Shown one piece after another: positions 8,042 through 17,265 of a DNA stretch of 64,000 nucleotides. The position numbers and the translations under genes were made by a program. The stretch covers positions 406,559 to 470,558 of the forward strand of contig CAZSDS010000001.1 of the NCBI GenBank assembly GCA_964605735.1, given 5' to 3'. Position 1 is the first letter of the stretch, and every line of letters starts with the position of its first letter. The notes beneath the pieces were generated by a model, which saw only the letters and a list, made by a program, of their open reading frames with translations, was not told where the DNA came from and did not search any database. This stretch comes from an uncultured Candidatus Saccharibacteria bacterium. Its GTDB lineage: Bacteria > Patescibacteriota > Doudnabacteria > UBA920 > O2-02-FULL-48-8.

Positions 8042-9802
8042 TTAACTATAAATTTTCTCAATTTTTGATTTTAATGGAAGTGGTATCTCGAATGCCTGAG
8101 CCGAAACAAGATTTAATGCTAAATAAGGCTTGTGTTTATCACTCGCTTGAGTAATACCTATTTCCTCGTCCAAGTCATTTATGAAAATTACACTATCCCC
8201 TATACTTCTATTTACCGTGGATTCGATTTTTGCCGATGATTGATCTGCACTCTGCAAAGCCTCAGATGATTTGCCAGACTGATGATCCTTATCATACACA
8301 GCTAAATATGAAATCTTAAACTTATTCAGTAAATGCACATACACTTGGATACTGTCTTTACTGCCGCAGTCTATTAAAGTGTAATCGTACCTAAAAATAC
8401 CTATTTTTTTCGCTAGATACGGTATAACTGTTTTTTCAGTAGCGCCCTCTAACAAAATTACTTTTTTAGCGAAAAATAGCTCACTGCGATCTGGATTGAG
8501 CCAGTATGTCATATTGAAATTTTTTTTATCATCACTCAAGGTAAATAATTCTTCTGAACATTGAAGAGTTTTACTTCCTTCCTCAAGATTCTTTTTATAA
8601 ACAATGACTATTGACTTATACGCTTCTAAATCTAAGAAAGAACTTGAGTGCGTTGACAATACTACTTGCGTTCCAGACTCGGATAGACTCTGCAAGGATG
8701 AGAACAGCTCTCGTTGAGCCTGAGGATGTAAATACAATTCAGGCTCTTCATAAAAAAGATAAATGGATTTCGAAGCAGAGCGACTTAATGTCTGTTCCTC
8801 TGAGATCTCAGTACTTGCTTTAACCCAAGCTTTAATGAGTGCAAAAATTAACGAACGCTGCAGTCCATTACCCTTCCTATCAACATCTGTGGGTACGCCG
8901 TCATCAACCCAAACAGAAGTCCCTAGACGCATAACCTCATCAATATCAGGCGGTGTTATTTCAATACTAATTTTTGTATCCCACTGCCTAAGTTCATCCT
9001 CAAGCAAACTCTCTAATTTGCTAATTTCGGCTGGTCTATTTTGGTTTTGAGCACCTGTAGAGACGGTTTTGTTTAAATTCTGTGCCAGTTCAGCAATTCT
9101 CTTTTTCGCATCCTTATAAGCATCGTTATTTTTTGACATCTCATTAATAACATTGGAAAAAAGCTGACTAAAAATTGATTTACTTTTTATGTTGAATTCA
9201 TCTCCGACGTTCTTTACCGCAGGCACAAAAAATACCTGACCAAATATACCTTGTGCGACAGATTTTAGGCCTAGAAAGTGAGAATGCTCCAATTGATATA
9301 AAAAGTTAACGGAACCAGTATGATCTTCAATATACTTTCTTTGGGCTTGTATTACCATCTCTTTTGTAACTCTTCCTTCATGGGGAATATATTGCAGAAG
9401 AGGTGTGCCTTGTATAACATCTCTGTTATTCAACTGGCCTGCACTCTCCTCTCGTAACCAACTATCTGAAGGTATCTGACAGTAGCCGTGATACTCAGGT
9501 GGATCACCCTTAATAACCTGCTTTCTTACAGTTATCGCTCCTTCACTGGTCAGATACTTTTTAAATTGATTTTTGTCATGATCATCCAGATCACAAAAAG
9601 TGACCTCGACATGCAACTCTTCTGATCCTTTATTAAAGTCCATTTCAGAAATTGAAATATACCCAAAAAAGAATAGCAGGGCAGTCAAAATATTTGACTT
9701 ACCATGATTATTTTGACCAATAAAAATCATCAAAGATTGAAAATCGACTTCACAATCCTTAATGGAGCGCCAGTTATGAATTCTTAGCTTCGAAATTCTC
9801 AA
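8042..9802 (-). CDS. OLD-family ATP-dependent nuclease (ABC ATPase + TOPRIM)
   Basis: Walker A GQNNHGKS; signature GNGLQR; Walker B YEEPELYLHP; H-loop STHS; TOPRIM LLEG.TE and YDKD. Confidence 0.9.
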   Translation of the reverse strand: MRISKLRIHNWRSIKDCEVDFQSLMIFIGQNNHGKSNILTALLFFFGYISISEMDFNKGSEELHVEVTFCDLDDHDKNQFKKYLTSEGAITVRKQVIKGDPPEYHGYCQIPSDSWLREESAGQLNNRDVIQGTPLLQYIPHEGRVTKEMVIQAQRKYIEDHTGSVNFLYQLEHSHFLGLKSVAQGIFGQVFFVPAVKNVGDEFNIKSKSIFSQLFSNVINEMSKNNDAYKDAKKRIAELAQNLNKTVSTGAQNQNRPAEISKLESLLEDELRQWDTKISIEITPPDIDEVMRLGTSVWVDDGVPTDVDRKGNGLQRSLIFALIKAWVKASTEISEEQTLSRSASKSIYLFYEEPELYLHPQAQRELFSSLQSLSESGTQVVLSTHSSSFLDLEAYKSIVIVYKKNLEEGSKTLQCSEELFTLSDDKKNFNMTYWLNPDRSELFFAKKVILLEGATEKTVIPYLAKKIGIFRYDYTLIDCGSKDSIQVYVHLLNKFKISYLAVYDKDHQSGKSSEALQSADQSSAKIESTVNRSIGDSVIFINDLDEEIGITQASDKHKPYLALNLVSAQAFEIPLPLKSKIEKIYS

Positions 9803-10005
9803 GCAATTTTAGTGTAGGAATAAGTATTTTTGACGTGATTTGCGAAAAAGCTACCCTTAGATCCAGCTGACATAAGTTGACTAAATACACCCTCCGGAAC
9901 TCCGTGATACTGGTATGTGCCACCATTCACAAATTCGACCTCTAATACACTAGCTTCGTACCCAATAGATCTAATATCACTTGAATTTACAGTTTGTCTC
10001 AACAT
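9799..10005 (-). CDS. KTSC domain protein
   Basis: VNSSDIRSIGY...LEVEF.NGGTYQY.GVP...LM.A.SKGSFF. Confidence 0.9.
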   Translation of the reverse strand: MLRQTVNSSDIRSIGYEASVLEVEFVNGGTYQYHGVPEGVFSQLMSAGSKGSFFANHVKNTYSYTKIA

Positions 10006-10046
10006 ATTTTTTATTGAATAAATTATATATCAACTTATTATTAAAT

Positions 10047-10073
10047 AAAAACACCCTGAAAAGGGTATTTTTA
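10047..10073 (-). terminator. Rho-independent terminator after pnp
   Basis: ACACCC-TGAAAA-GGGTAT hairpin flanked by A/T tracts. Confidence 0.6.
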
Positions 10074-10076
10074 TTA

Positions 10077-12329
10077 CTAATGCCTTGCAAACCTTGGACC
10101 ACCTCTCCTGTGATCGCCATTTCCATGCCCATGACCGCCTCTGCCGTGGCCACCATGTCCGTGTCCGCCTCGTGAAGGCCTTGAACCGCCTTCTGGTCTG
10201 TCTGGCATGCCTTCTGGTTTTGGAATCATAACTCTGTGTGACAAATTCACTCGTCCCATTTGATCAATCTCAATCACTTTCACTTCCAACTCATCCCCAA
10301 TCTTCACAACATCCTCAACTTTCCCGACTCTTTCCCAACCCAGTTCTGAGATGTGCACCATGCCATCGTGTCCTGGCACTAATTCCACAAACGCACCAAA
10401 GTCCATGATGCGCACTACTTTTCCTTTAAAGACTTCGCCAACCTGAATCTCACGAGTCAGATCTTTGATCCACTGCACAGCCTTGGCACTTCCTTCAGCA
10501 TCATCTGAAGTGACCATAACCAAACCTGAATCTTCAATGTCGATCTGCACGCCAGTCTCAGCAATAATTTTGTTGATGACTTTACCGCCGGTTCCAATTA
10601 CATCGCGGATCTTTTCCGGATTAATGTGGAAAGAAACAATTCGCGGAGCCAGTGGCGACAAATCAGCGCGAGGCGCAGAAATCGCCTGCTTCATTACAGA
10701 CAGAATATGCATGCGGCCAGCTTTAGCGCCTTTGATGGCCTCAGCCAGAATATCAACCGTCAAACCCTTGGCCTTATTATCCATCTGAATTGCGGTAATG
10801 CCTTTTTCAGAGCCAGTGACTTTAAAGTCCATATCACCATTGCCGTCTTCAATTCCCTGAATGTCAGTCAGCACTTTGAACTTGCCGGATTTTTGATCAA
10901 AGATCAAACCCATGGCAACTCCACCGATCATATCAGAAATTGGCACGCCTGCATCCATCAAAGCCAGAGTTGAACCACAAGTAGAGCCCATGGATGTTGA
11001 ACCGTTTGAACCCAAAGCCTCAGAAACCAATCTTAATGTATAAGGGAATTTTTCTTTGTCAGGGATGACGACTTCTACTGCGCGCTCAGCCAAAGCTCCG
11101 TGTCCGATTTCTCTTCTTCCAGGGCCGCGCATAGGAGCGACTTCACCTACAGAGTAACCAGGGAAATTGTAATGGTGAATATAGCGCTTATGTGTTTCCA
11201 CAAAATCTTCCATGCCATCAAGAATCTGCGCATCACCGGATGAACCCAATGTGACAGTAGTTAAAATCTGAGTCTCGCCGCGGTTAAACAGCGCTGAGCC
11301 ATGAGTTCTAGGCAGTACGCCAACAGCACAGGAAACTTCTCTGGTCTTATCAAGCGGCCTTAAATCCACGCGCCTGTCGCGCTCTAAAATATTCTCACGA
11401 ATAACTTTCTTCAAAACCTTATCAAATGCCAAACCAAAATGCTGGGCAAAATTCAAAGTTTCATTAGAAGCAAAGTGCGTGGCCAGCTCTTCTGCCAAAG
11501 CTTTTTTAGCCGCATCAAGCCTTGCCTCACGCTCCGCCTTAGGGAATGTGCCATACAAAGCCTCTTCAATCTGCCCTTTTCTTTCAATCACAGCGTTTAA
11601 CACCGCTTCATCCGGCAAAACCAAAACAGGTTCGACTTTTTCCAGCCCAACCTTTTTCTTGATCTCTGCCTGCATTGCAGCCAGTTCGCCCAGGTAAGGC
11701 ATTGCAAAGCGCAATGCTTCAATCATGTCATCTTCTGAAACCTGTTTAGCACCTGCTTCCACCATCATGACATGCTCGCCGGAACCGGAAACCACCAGGT
11801 CCAAATCAGAAGCATTCTTCTGTTCGTAATTAGGGTTGATAATGAACTTACCGTCCACCCGTCCTACGCGCACGCCCGCGATCGGCCCCTCAAAAGGGAT
11901 GTCGGAAACTTCCAAGGCTGCGGAAGCGGCATTGATGGCCAGAACATCCGGATCATTGACTTCGTCAACTGACAAAATAGTCACGACAATCTGCACGTCA
12001 TTGCGCATGCCGTCCGGGAACAACGGACGCAAACTTCGGTCAACCAATCTGCCTGTTAAGATTGCATCATCTGTGGCGCGGCCTTCGCGTTTTATGAAGC
12101 GGGAACCTTTGATCTTTCCTGCCGCGTAAAGTCGTTCCTCATAATCAACCAAAAGCGGGAAGTAATCCATTCCTTCCCTGACCTTGTTGCTCATCACAGC
12201 TGTGGCCAAAACCACAGTATCACCCAAACGTGCCAAAACAGAGCCGTTTGCTTGTTGTGCCAACACCCCTGTTTCAAAGGAGAATTTCTTTCCGTCTATC
12301 TCCTTTTCTACTTTTTCTACTTTTTGCAT
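10077..12329 (-). CDS. pnp: Polyribonucleotide nucleotidyltransferase (PNPase)
   Basis: Two RNase PH domains (FPLLVDYEER, RREIGHG, SNGSTSMGS, GDMDFK), plus KH and S1 domains. Confidence 0.98.
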   Translation of the reverse strand: MQKVEKVEKEIDGKKFSFETGVLAQQANGSVLARLGDTVVLATAVMSNKVREGMDYFPLLVDYEERLYAAGKIKGSRFIKREGRATDDAILTGRLVDRSLRPLFPDGMRNDVQIVVTILSVDEVNDPDVLAINAASAALEVSDIPFEGPIAGVRVGRVDGKFIINPNYEQKNASDLDLVVSGSGEHVMMVEAGAKQVSEDDMIEALRFAMPYLGELAAMQAEIKKKVGLEKVEPVLVLPDEAVLNAVIERKGQIEEALYGTFPKAEREARLDAAKKALAEELATHFASNETLNFAQHFGLAFDKVLKKVIRENILERDRRVDLRPLDKTREVSCAVGVLPRTHGSALFNRGETQILTTVTLGSSGDAQILDGMEDFVETHKRYIHHYNFPGYSVGEVAPMRGPGRREIGHGALAERAVEVVIPDKEKFPYTLRLVSEALGSNGSTSMGSTCGSTLALMDAGVPISDMIGGVAMGLIFDQKSGKFKVLTDIQGIEDGNGDMDFKVTGSEKGITAIQMDNKAKGLTVDILAEAIKGAKAGRMHILSVMKQAISAPRADLSPLAPRIVSFHINPEKIRDVIGTGGKVINKIIAETGVQIDIEDSGLVMVTSDDAEGSAKAVQWIKDLTREIQVGEVFKGKVVRIMDFGAFVELVPGHDGMVHISELGWERVGKVEDVVKIGDELEVKVIEIDQMGRVNLSHRVMIPKPEGMPDRPEGGSRPSRGGHGHGGHGRGGHGHGNGDHRRGGPRFARH

Positions 12330-12342
12330 TTAGAACCTTTGT

Positions 12343-12566
12343 GTCTGGTCAGCTGTGCCTACGCACAGAAGTCGTATCGAATGACAATCTCAATTTATCC
12401 TTAGATCGGGGTCCTGCCGTCCTACACCCCTTCATTTTGCTTAAAGACGCAAAATGTCGGGGCCCCACGGACGTCACCCCTCGGCAATCATAATTCGATT
12501 GCCATCTTGGGTAACACAGGAATTGTCAGCCTATACCACCTCTATGTCAGCCTCAGCCGGACAGAC
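12343..12566 (-). ncRNA. Long rod-like structured RNA in the rpsO-pnp spacer (RNase III-type pnp leader or 6S-like RNA)
   Basis: End-to-end pairing GTCTG...CAGAC; CATAGAGGTGGTAT/ATACGACTTCTGTG with G-U pairs on the - strand; apical CATTTTGC/GCAAAATG. Confidence 0.6.
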
Positions 12567-12583
12567 TTAATTATTTAAAAAAA

Positions 12584-12641
12584 CTTCTCGCTGAACGCTC
12601 GAAGAATACCACGTTTGATATCGTTCGAGCGAAGCGAGAAC
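12584..12641. repeat. Imperfect hairpin after rpsO containing CGAGCGAAGCGAGAAC
   Basis: TTCTCGCT...AGCGAGAA arms; related motif at 13611-13627. Confidence 0.45.
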
Positions 12642-12647
12642 TTTTCA

Positions 12648-12914
12648 TTATGCTTTAAGCTTTAATTTATCCACCAGTTTTTCCCAGCGCTTTTCATCCT
12701 CTGCTTTCAGATAGCGGAGCAAGCGGCGTCGGTTACCTACCATTTTCAGCAAACCTCTTCTGGAGTGGTTGTCTTTCTTGTGCTGCTGCAAATGTTCGGA
12801 AACTTTCTCGATTTCCTTGGTCAAAATGGCGATCTGGACTTCTGGTGAGCCAGTATCGTCTTTGTGAACCTGAAACTTCTTAATTAAAGCGTCTTTCTCT
12901 TTTGGAGTAAGCAT
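12648..12914 (-). CDS. rpsO: 30S ribosomal protein S15
   Basis: [13 protein letters not shown]...[23 protein letters not shown]. Confidence 0.99.
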   Translation of the reverse strand: MLTPKEKDALIKKFQVHKDDTGSPEVQIAILTKEIEKVSEHLQQHKKDNHSRRGLLKMVGNRRRLLRYLKAEDEKRWEKLVDKLKLKA

Positions 12915-12961
12915 CTATTGCCTTTCTGCACGAGTCAGCCAGAGTATGCCGACCGTGGTTA
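12915..12961 (-). promoter_or_regulatory. Candidate S15 autoregulatory leader
   Basis: CACG-GTCGGC...GCTGAC-TCGTG hairpin between a TGGTATAAT promoter and the rpsO start. Confidence 0.45.
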
Positions 12962-13216
12962 ATATGCGAGCATTATACCATATCAGGCGAGGGCAAAGCA
13001 AGCTCGGTTTTAGTATCAAAAAGCACCGAATCCGGTGCTTTTTAGTGGATGGTCTTAGCCTGTTAGTCAACCCTATGATATCTAGGCACATTAAGAAAGT
13101 CAACTTTCCTAATACTTGGACCCGCGGCATAAAATCTTGGCTGTGGATATTGATTCTACTATTGACTTTTAACTTGGGGTGACTTAGAATTTGCGTTCAG
13201 CTAGGCAGGAGGAGCC

Positions 13217-13399
13217 ATGCATGAAAAAATGAGGCGAACCAGGGAAGAACTGGTCAGGAGTCTCCGCGCTTGCGACGCTGCCACTGTAGCGGACCGTGTT
13301 TTCCGTGATATTTCACGGCCATCGTCCAAACCACAGTCTGGAGAAAAGTCAGATGCCCAAGATCAACGGCCGACCAAAAGATGCTCCTCGGGAGTATGA
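13217..13399 (+). CDS. Hypothetical protein
   Basis: AGGAGGAG RBS; TTGACT-17-TAGAAT promoter upstream. Confidence 0.45.
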   Translation: MHEKMRRTREELVRSLRACDAATVADRVFRDISRPSSKPQSGEKSDAQDQRPTKRCSSGV

Positions 13400-13580
13400 C
13401 TACCTCAGCCACATAAGCAGAAATCGAGGATACGAGATTCGGAAGAGAGTTCGCTCGATCACGGAATTGCTAGATGAACTGCCGACGGGGAGGGATCGGG
13501 CGGAAGCACTCAATCTTGTGCTCGACAACTACGAACCCAAGACTTTCCGCAAAACAAAACGGCCCTTGCCTCAACCTTAG
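13353..13580 (+). CDS. Hypothetical protein
   Basis: GGAG RBS before ATG at 13353; followed by GCGCG hairpin plus T-tract. Confidence 0.5.
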   Translation: MPKINGRPKDAPREYDYLSHISRNRGYEIRKRVRSITELLDELPTGRDRAEALNLVLDNYEPKTFRKTKRPLPQP

Positions 13581-13748
13581 CGCGCGATCATCGCCGCGCT
13601 TTTTTTATTCTCGAGCGCAGCGAGAACTGCCACGTTTTTACTTCTCACTTCGTTCGAAGGATAAGGAGTGGCTTGTCGCAAAATATCGACTTTTTCATGT
13701 TGTGCGAACATGGTATAATTTAAGCAAATCTCCCTACTTTTTGAAAAA

Positions 13749-14723
13749 ATGCCAGAAAAACAAATCGAAATAAAATCTAAACTCCATCGCTACTACATCC
13801 AATTCCTAGAATATTTGGAAATCGAACGAAACCGATCCAGATTAACCCTGCGCAACTACGACCACTATCTCAAAAGATTTGTGGACTTTTGCGCTAAAAA
13901 ATACGGCGTAACAGACCCAGAAGAAATTGACCTTGAATTGATCCGTTCATATCGCCTTTTTCTGAACCGGTTTGAAGAAAACGGCAAACCCCTGAAAATG
14001 ATCACCCAAAACTATCACTTGATTGCCCTTCGCAGTTTTTTCAAATACCTCTCCAGGCGCGACATAAAGTCCCTAGCCGCAGAAAAAATTGAACTGCCAA
14101 AGCCGCCTTCCAGGCACGTGGAATTTTTGGAACCCGCAGACGTGGCAAATCTGATTGACTCCACCAAACAGGAAAAAGACAAACTGACCCGCCTGCGCGA
14201 CAAAGCCATTTTGGAAACCTTGTTTTCAACCGGCCTGCGCATCTCTGAGCTCTGCAACCTGAACAAAGATTCCATCAACACCAAACGCCGGGAATTTTCC
14301 GTAAAAGGCAAGGGTGACAAAATCCGCCTGGTCTTTTTGTCTGACCGGGCCATTGCCTCAATAGAGGAGTACCTGAAAGCCCGGGACGACAATTCCAAAG
14401 CCCTGTTCATCCGCCACGACCATAAAGAGTCCGTGGAAAAGCAAATGAAATCATTCAGCGAGAAAGCCATGGGCCTGACCCCGCGCACCGTCCAGCGCAT
14501 TATAAAAAAATATGCCAAACTTGCCGGCATAATGAAAAATATCAGCCCGCACACCCTGAGGCATTCGTTCGCCACTGATCTGCTGTCCAACGGCGCTGAT
14601 ATCCGCGCCGTGCAGGAGCTTTTGGGCCACGCTTCAATCTCAACCACCCAAATTTACACCCATTTGACCAACCGCCGCCTGAAAGACGTTTACGACAAAT
14701 ACCACAATGACAAGAACAAGTAG
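13749..14723 (+). CDS. XerC/D-type tyrosine recombinase
   Basis: TGLRISEL, GKGDK.R, HTLRHSFAT, LLGH, TTQIY catalytic set; N-terminal SAM-like domain. Confidence 0.95.
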   Translation: MPEKQIEIKSKLHRYYIQFLEYLEIERNRSRLTLRNYDHYLKRFVDFCAKKYGVTDPEEIDLELIRSYRLFLNRFEENGKPLKMITQNYHLIALRSFFKYLSRRDIKSLAAEKIELPKPPSRHVEFLEPADVANLIDSTKQEKDKLTRLRDKAILETLFSTGLRISELCNLNKDSINTKRREFSVKGKGDKIRLVFLSDRAIASIEEYLKARDDNSKALFIRHDHKESVEKQMKSFSEKAMGLTPRTVQRIIKKYAKLAGIMKNISPHTLRHSFATDLLSNGADIRAVQELLGHASISTTQIYTHLTNRRLKDVYDKYHNDKNK

Positions 14724-14779
14724 CATTTGTGCTTGAAGCATAATCCGTATATACTCCAGATAAATCACAAGGAGGAACG

Positions 14780-15142
14780 ATGAGTAAACCTAAAACGGCG
14801 ATCATTGTGGCTCCTGACGACGTCGATCCTGACGACCTTTCTTCCTTTGATTCTTGTTTCAGCTTCTTCTCGAAATTCGAATTGTCCAAAAACGTAAAGG
14901 TGGAAAACGTCTTGTACGCCGACGACAACATTATCCAGGTCTGCGAACAAGTCAAACCCGACATTCTTCTGGATCTCACGGACGACCTCCTGAGATACTG
15001 TAAGTTGTACACCTTCATTCAGCTTTCGCCGGTTCTCCAGCGAATCAACACCAGAGTGATCGTGTTCGACCACTACTCAAAACTTCAGCTGGGGGAATAT
15101 TCAAAATACACCGCCGCAGATTGGATGAAGAATATACATTGA
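14780..15142 (+). CDS. Hypothetical protein
   Basis: AAGGAGG RBS; TTGAAG...TATACT promoter-like sequence. Confidence 0.65.
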   Translation: MSKPKTAIIVAPDDVDPDDLSSFDSCFSFFSKFELSKNVKVENVLYADDNIIQVCEQVKPDILLDLTDDLLRYCKLYTFIQLSPVLQRINTRVIVFDHYSKLQLGEYSKYTAADWMKNIH

Positions 15143-15151
15143 GGGTGGACC

Positions 15152-15346
15152 ATGAGAACAAATCCGGACAGAACGTTGGGGCCGTTCGTCTACCTTGTTG
15201 ACGCCGCCGGATGGGGCACAATTTGGGCGATCTTTGCCGTGAACGGCTTATCCGGCACCTGGATGAACATTGTTTTTGGTGTCGGAGTGGGCGTCCCGCT
15301 CACGCTTCAGCTCCTTCTCTGGGCCAAAACCAGGAAAAGTCAATAA
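15152..15346 (+). CDS. Small two-TM hypothetical protein
   Basis: GAGG RBS; hydrophobic; follows the previous ORF by 9 bp. Confidence 0.55.
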   Translation: MRTNPDRTLGPFVYLVDAAGWGTIWAIFAVNGLSGTWMNIVFGVGVGVPLTLQLLLWAKTRKSQ

Positions 15347-15416
15347 CGAGCCCGTGCGAGTCTCGTACAAACACAAAGACCAGGGATCTTTCCTGGCCTT
15401 TTTTTATTTCCTGATT

Positions 15417-17195
15417 TTATTTCCCGAAAACGGGGACAGCTGGCTGAGTTTCTCTGACAGCTATCTGCTGGCGCCAAAGCGCAGCATACAAGCCGCCTTT
15501 TTCCAGCAGGGTACTGTGCCTGCCCTGTTCCACTATTTTTCCTTTTTCCAAAACGTAAATGGTTGAGGCATGTGCCACTGTGGACAAACGGTGCGCCACA
15601 GTCACGCTGATCATGTTCGGATATTCTTTTTCAATGTTGCGGATAGTCTGAGTGATCTGCTCCTCAGTTAATGAATCCAAACTGCTGGTGACTTCGTCAA
15701 AAATAACTAACTCTGGCTTACGCAATAATGCCCTGGCAATAGCCAGCCTTTGCTTTTCCCCGCCGGACAATTTCAAGCCGCCTTCGCCAATCCTGGTTTC
15801 CAGTCCCTTCCCGCCGCGCTCCACCAAAGACAAGGCCTGCGCCGCACGCAACGCCGCCAGACATTCTGCATCGCTCGCCTTTGGGTTGGCAAAAATCAGG
15901 TTCTCGCGGATTGTCCCGGCAAACAACTGCGTTTCCTGGGACACCAGCCCAATCTTGCTTCTAACCTTTTCAAAATCCAAATCTTTTGCATTCTTGCCGT
16001 TGAACAAAATGTCGCCGCTGACTGGCTTATACAAACCCACGAGCAATTTGATAATGGTTGTTTTCCCTGAGCCGGACGGCCCCACGAAAGCCACATTGCT
16101 TCCCGCCTCCACTTTAAAACTTAAATCAATGGCCGCCGGCCTGTCCGGGGAAGAGGGGTAGGCAAAACTGACGTTCCTGAATTCGATTGACCTGATGTTC
16201 TCAACCGCCACCGGATTAGCCGGCTTCTTTTCAGGTTCAGTCCTGAAAATCTCATCCAGCCGTTCCATGCTGGCTTTGGTCTCCTGATAAGCAGTGGCAA
16301 AATTTCCAAACTCGCCAAGCGGCTGGAAAATCGCAAAAGAATAAAACAGAAGAATGAAAAATTCACCCAAGGTAATTGTCTGGGTAAACGCCAGCCACAG
16401 CAAAAGAAAAGTCAAAGCCGTTCTGATGGCGTTGATCAAAGTCCCTTGAATGAAACTTAAGGTCCTAACCAGTCTGATTTTCTTCAACTCCAGCTGGAGA
16501 ATCTGCTCGTTAACCACGTTAAGCCGGTTTATTTCCTGCTGTTCCAAACCAAGGCTTTTCACCAATTCAACGTTTCTGATGGTTTCAGTAGTGGAGCCGG
16601 CCAGGGCCGCAGTCTCATTTATGACTTTCTGCTGGGCGTCTTTTATTCTTCTGCTAATGAAAAAGATCGAAGTGCCCAAGACCGGGATGACCATGAAATA
16701 AGCCAAACCAATTGACCAATGCACGTAAAAAGAATAGATAAGGACGAACAAAATGCCAATCAACGCCAGGAAAATGCTGTTGATGCCGGTTTGGATCAAA
16801 GTCTGTGAGTCTGTCCGGGCTTTCTGCAGTTTCTGCAAAAACTCGCCTGAACGCTGGTCTTCGAATATCGAATACGGCAGGGAGAAGGAGTGGGCAACGC
16901 TGGTTGCGTACATTTTGGTGCCCACGCGCTGGACAATGACGTTCACGTAATAATCCTGGAAGTTTTTGGCCACGCGGGAAACAAAAACAACTCCCACAGA
17001 AAGAAGCAGAAGCAAACCCACGCCCCGGACAAATTCGCTCGCCGGGATACTGCCAAAACTGGTGGTGTACCGGTCAACCACCAGGCGGAAAATTTGCGTG
17101 TCTAACAGAGAAAAAACCTGGTTTATAGTGGCCAGGATAAGTGCTCCGAACAGTATCTTTTTATACTCGCGAACGTAATTCCAAAGTAGTTTCAT
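15417..17195 (-). CDS. ABC transporter, fused permease/ATPase (MsbA/MdlB-like exporter)
   Basis: 6-TM domain; GPSGSGKT, LSGGEKQR, DEVTSSLD, AHRLST. Confidence 0.95.
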   Translation of the reverse strand: MKLLWNYVREYKKILFGALILATINQVFSLLDTQIFRLVVDRYTTSFGSIPASEFVRGVGLLLLLSVGVVFVSRVAKNFQDYYVNVIVQRVGTKMYATSVAHSFSLPYSIFEDQRSGEFLQKLQKARTDSQTLIQTGINSIFLALIGILFVLIYSFYVHWSIGLAYFMVIPVLGTSIFFISRRIKDAQQKVINETAALAGSTTETIRNVELVKSLGLEQQEINRLNVVNEQILQLELKKIRLVRTLSFIQGTLINAIRTALTFLLLWLAFTQTITLGEFFILLFYSFAIFQPLGEFGNFATAYQETKASMERLDEIFRTEPEKKPANPVAVENIRSIEFRNVSFAYPSSPDRPAAIDLSFKVEAGSNVAFVGPSGSGKTTIIKLLVGLYKPVSGDILFNGKNAKDLDFEKVRSKIGLVSQETQLFAGTIRENLIFANPKASDAECLAALRAAQALSLVERGGKGLETRIGEGGLKLSGGEKQRLAIARALLRKPELVIFDEVTSSLDSLTEEQITQTIRNIEKEYPNMISVTVAHRLSTVAHASTIYVLEKGKIVEQGRHSTLLEKGGLYAALWRQQIAVRETQPAVPVFGK

Positions 17196-17265
17196 AAATT
17201 AGTCTGTACGTATTGTGCAGGAAGAAAGGAATAAATGTCAAACAAAAAGCCTGTAAGCGTGAGCT

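Noticed and set aside
8042-9802. Canonical Gabija system
   Set aside because: No adjacent UvrD-type GajB; the UvrD at 46.7-48.8 kb is housekeeping PcrA
13749-14723. Prophage/island integrase
   Set aside because: Looks like a chromosomal XerC/D with host-like composition; no phage genes or att duplication nearby
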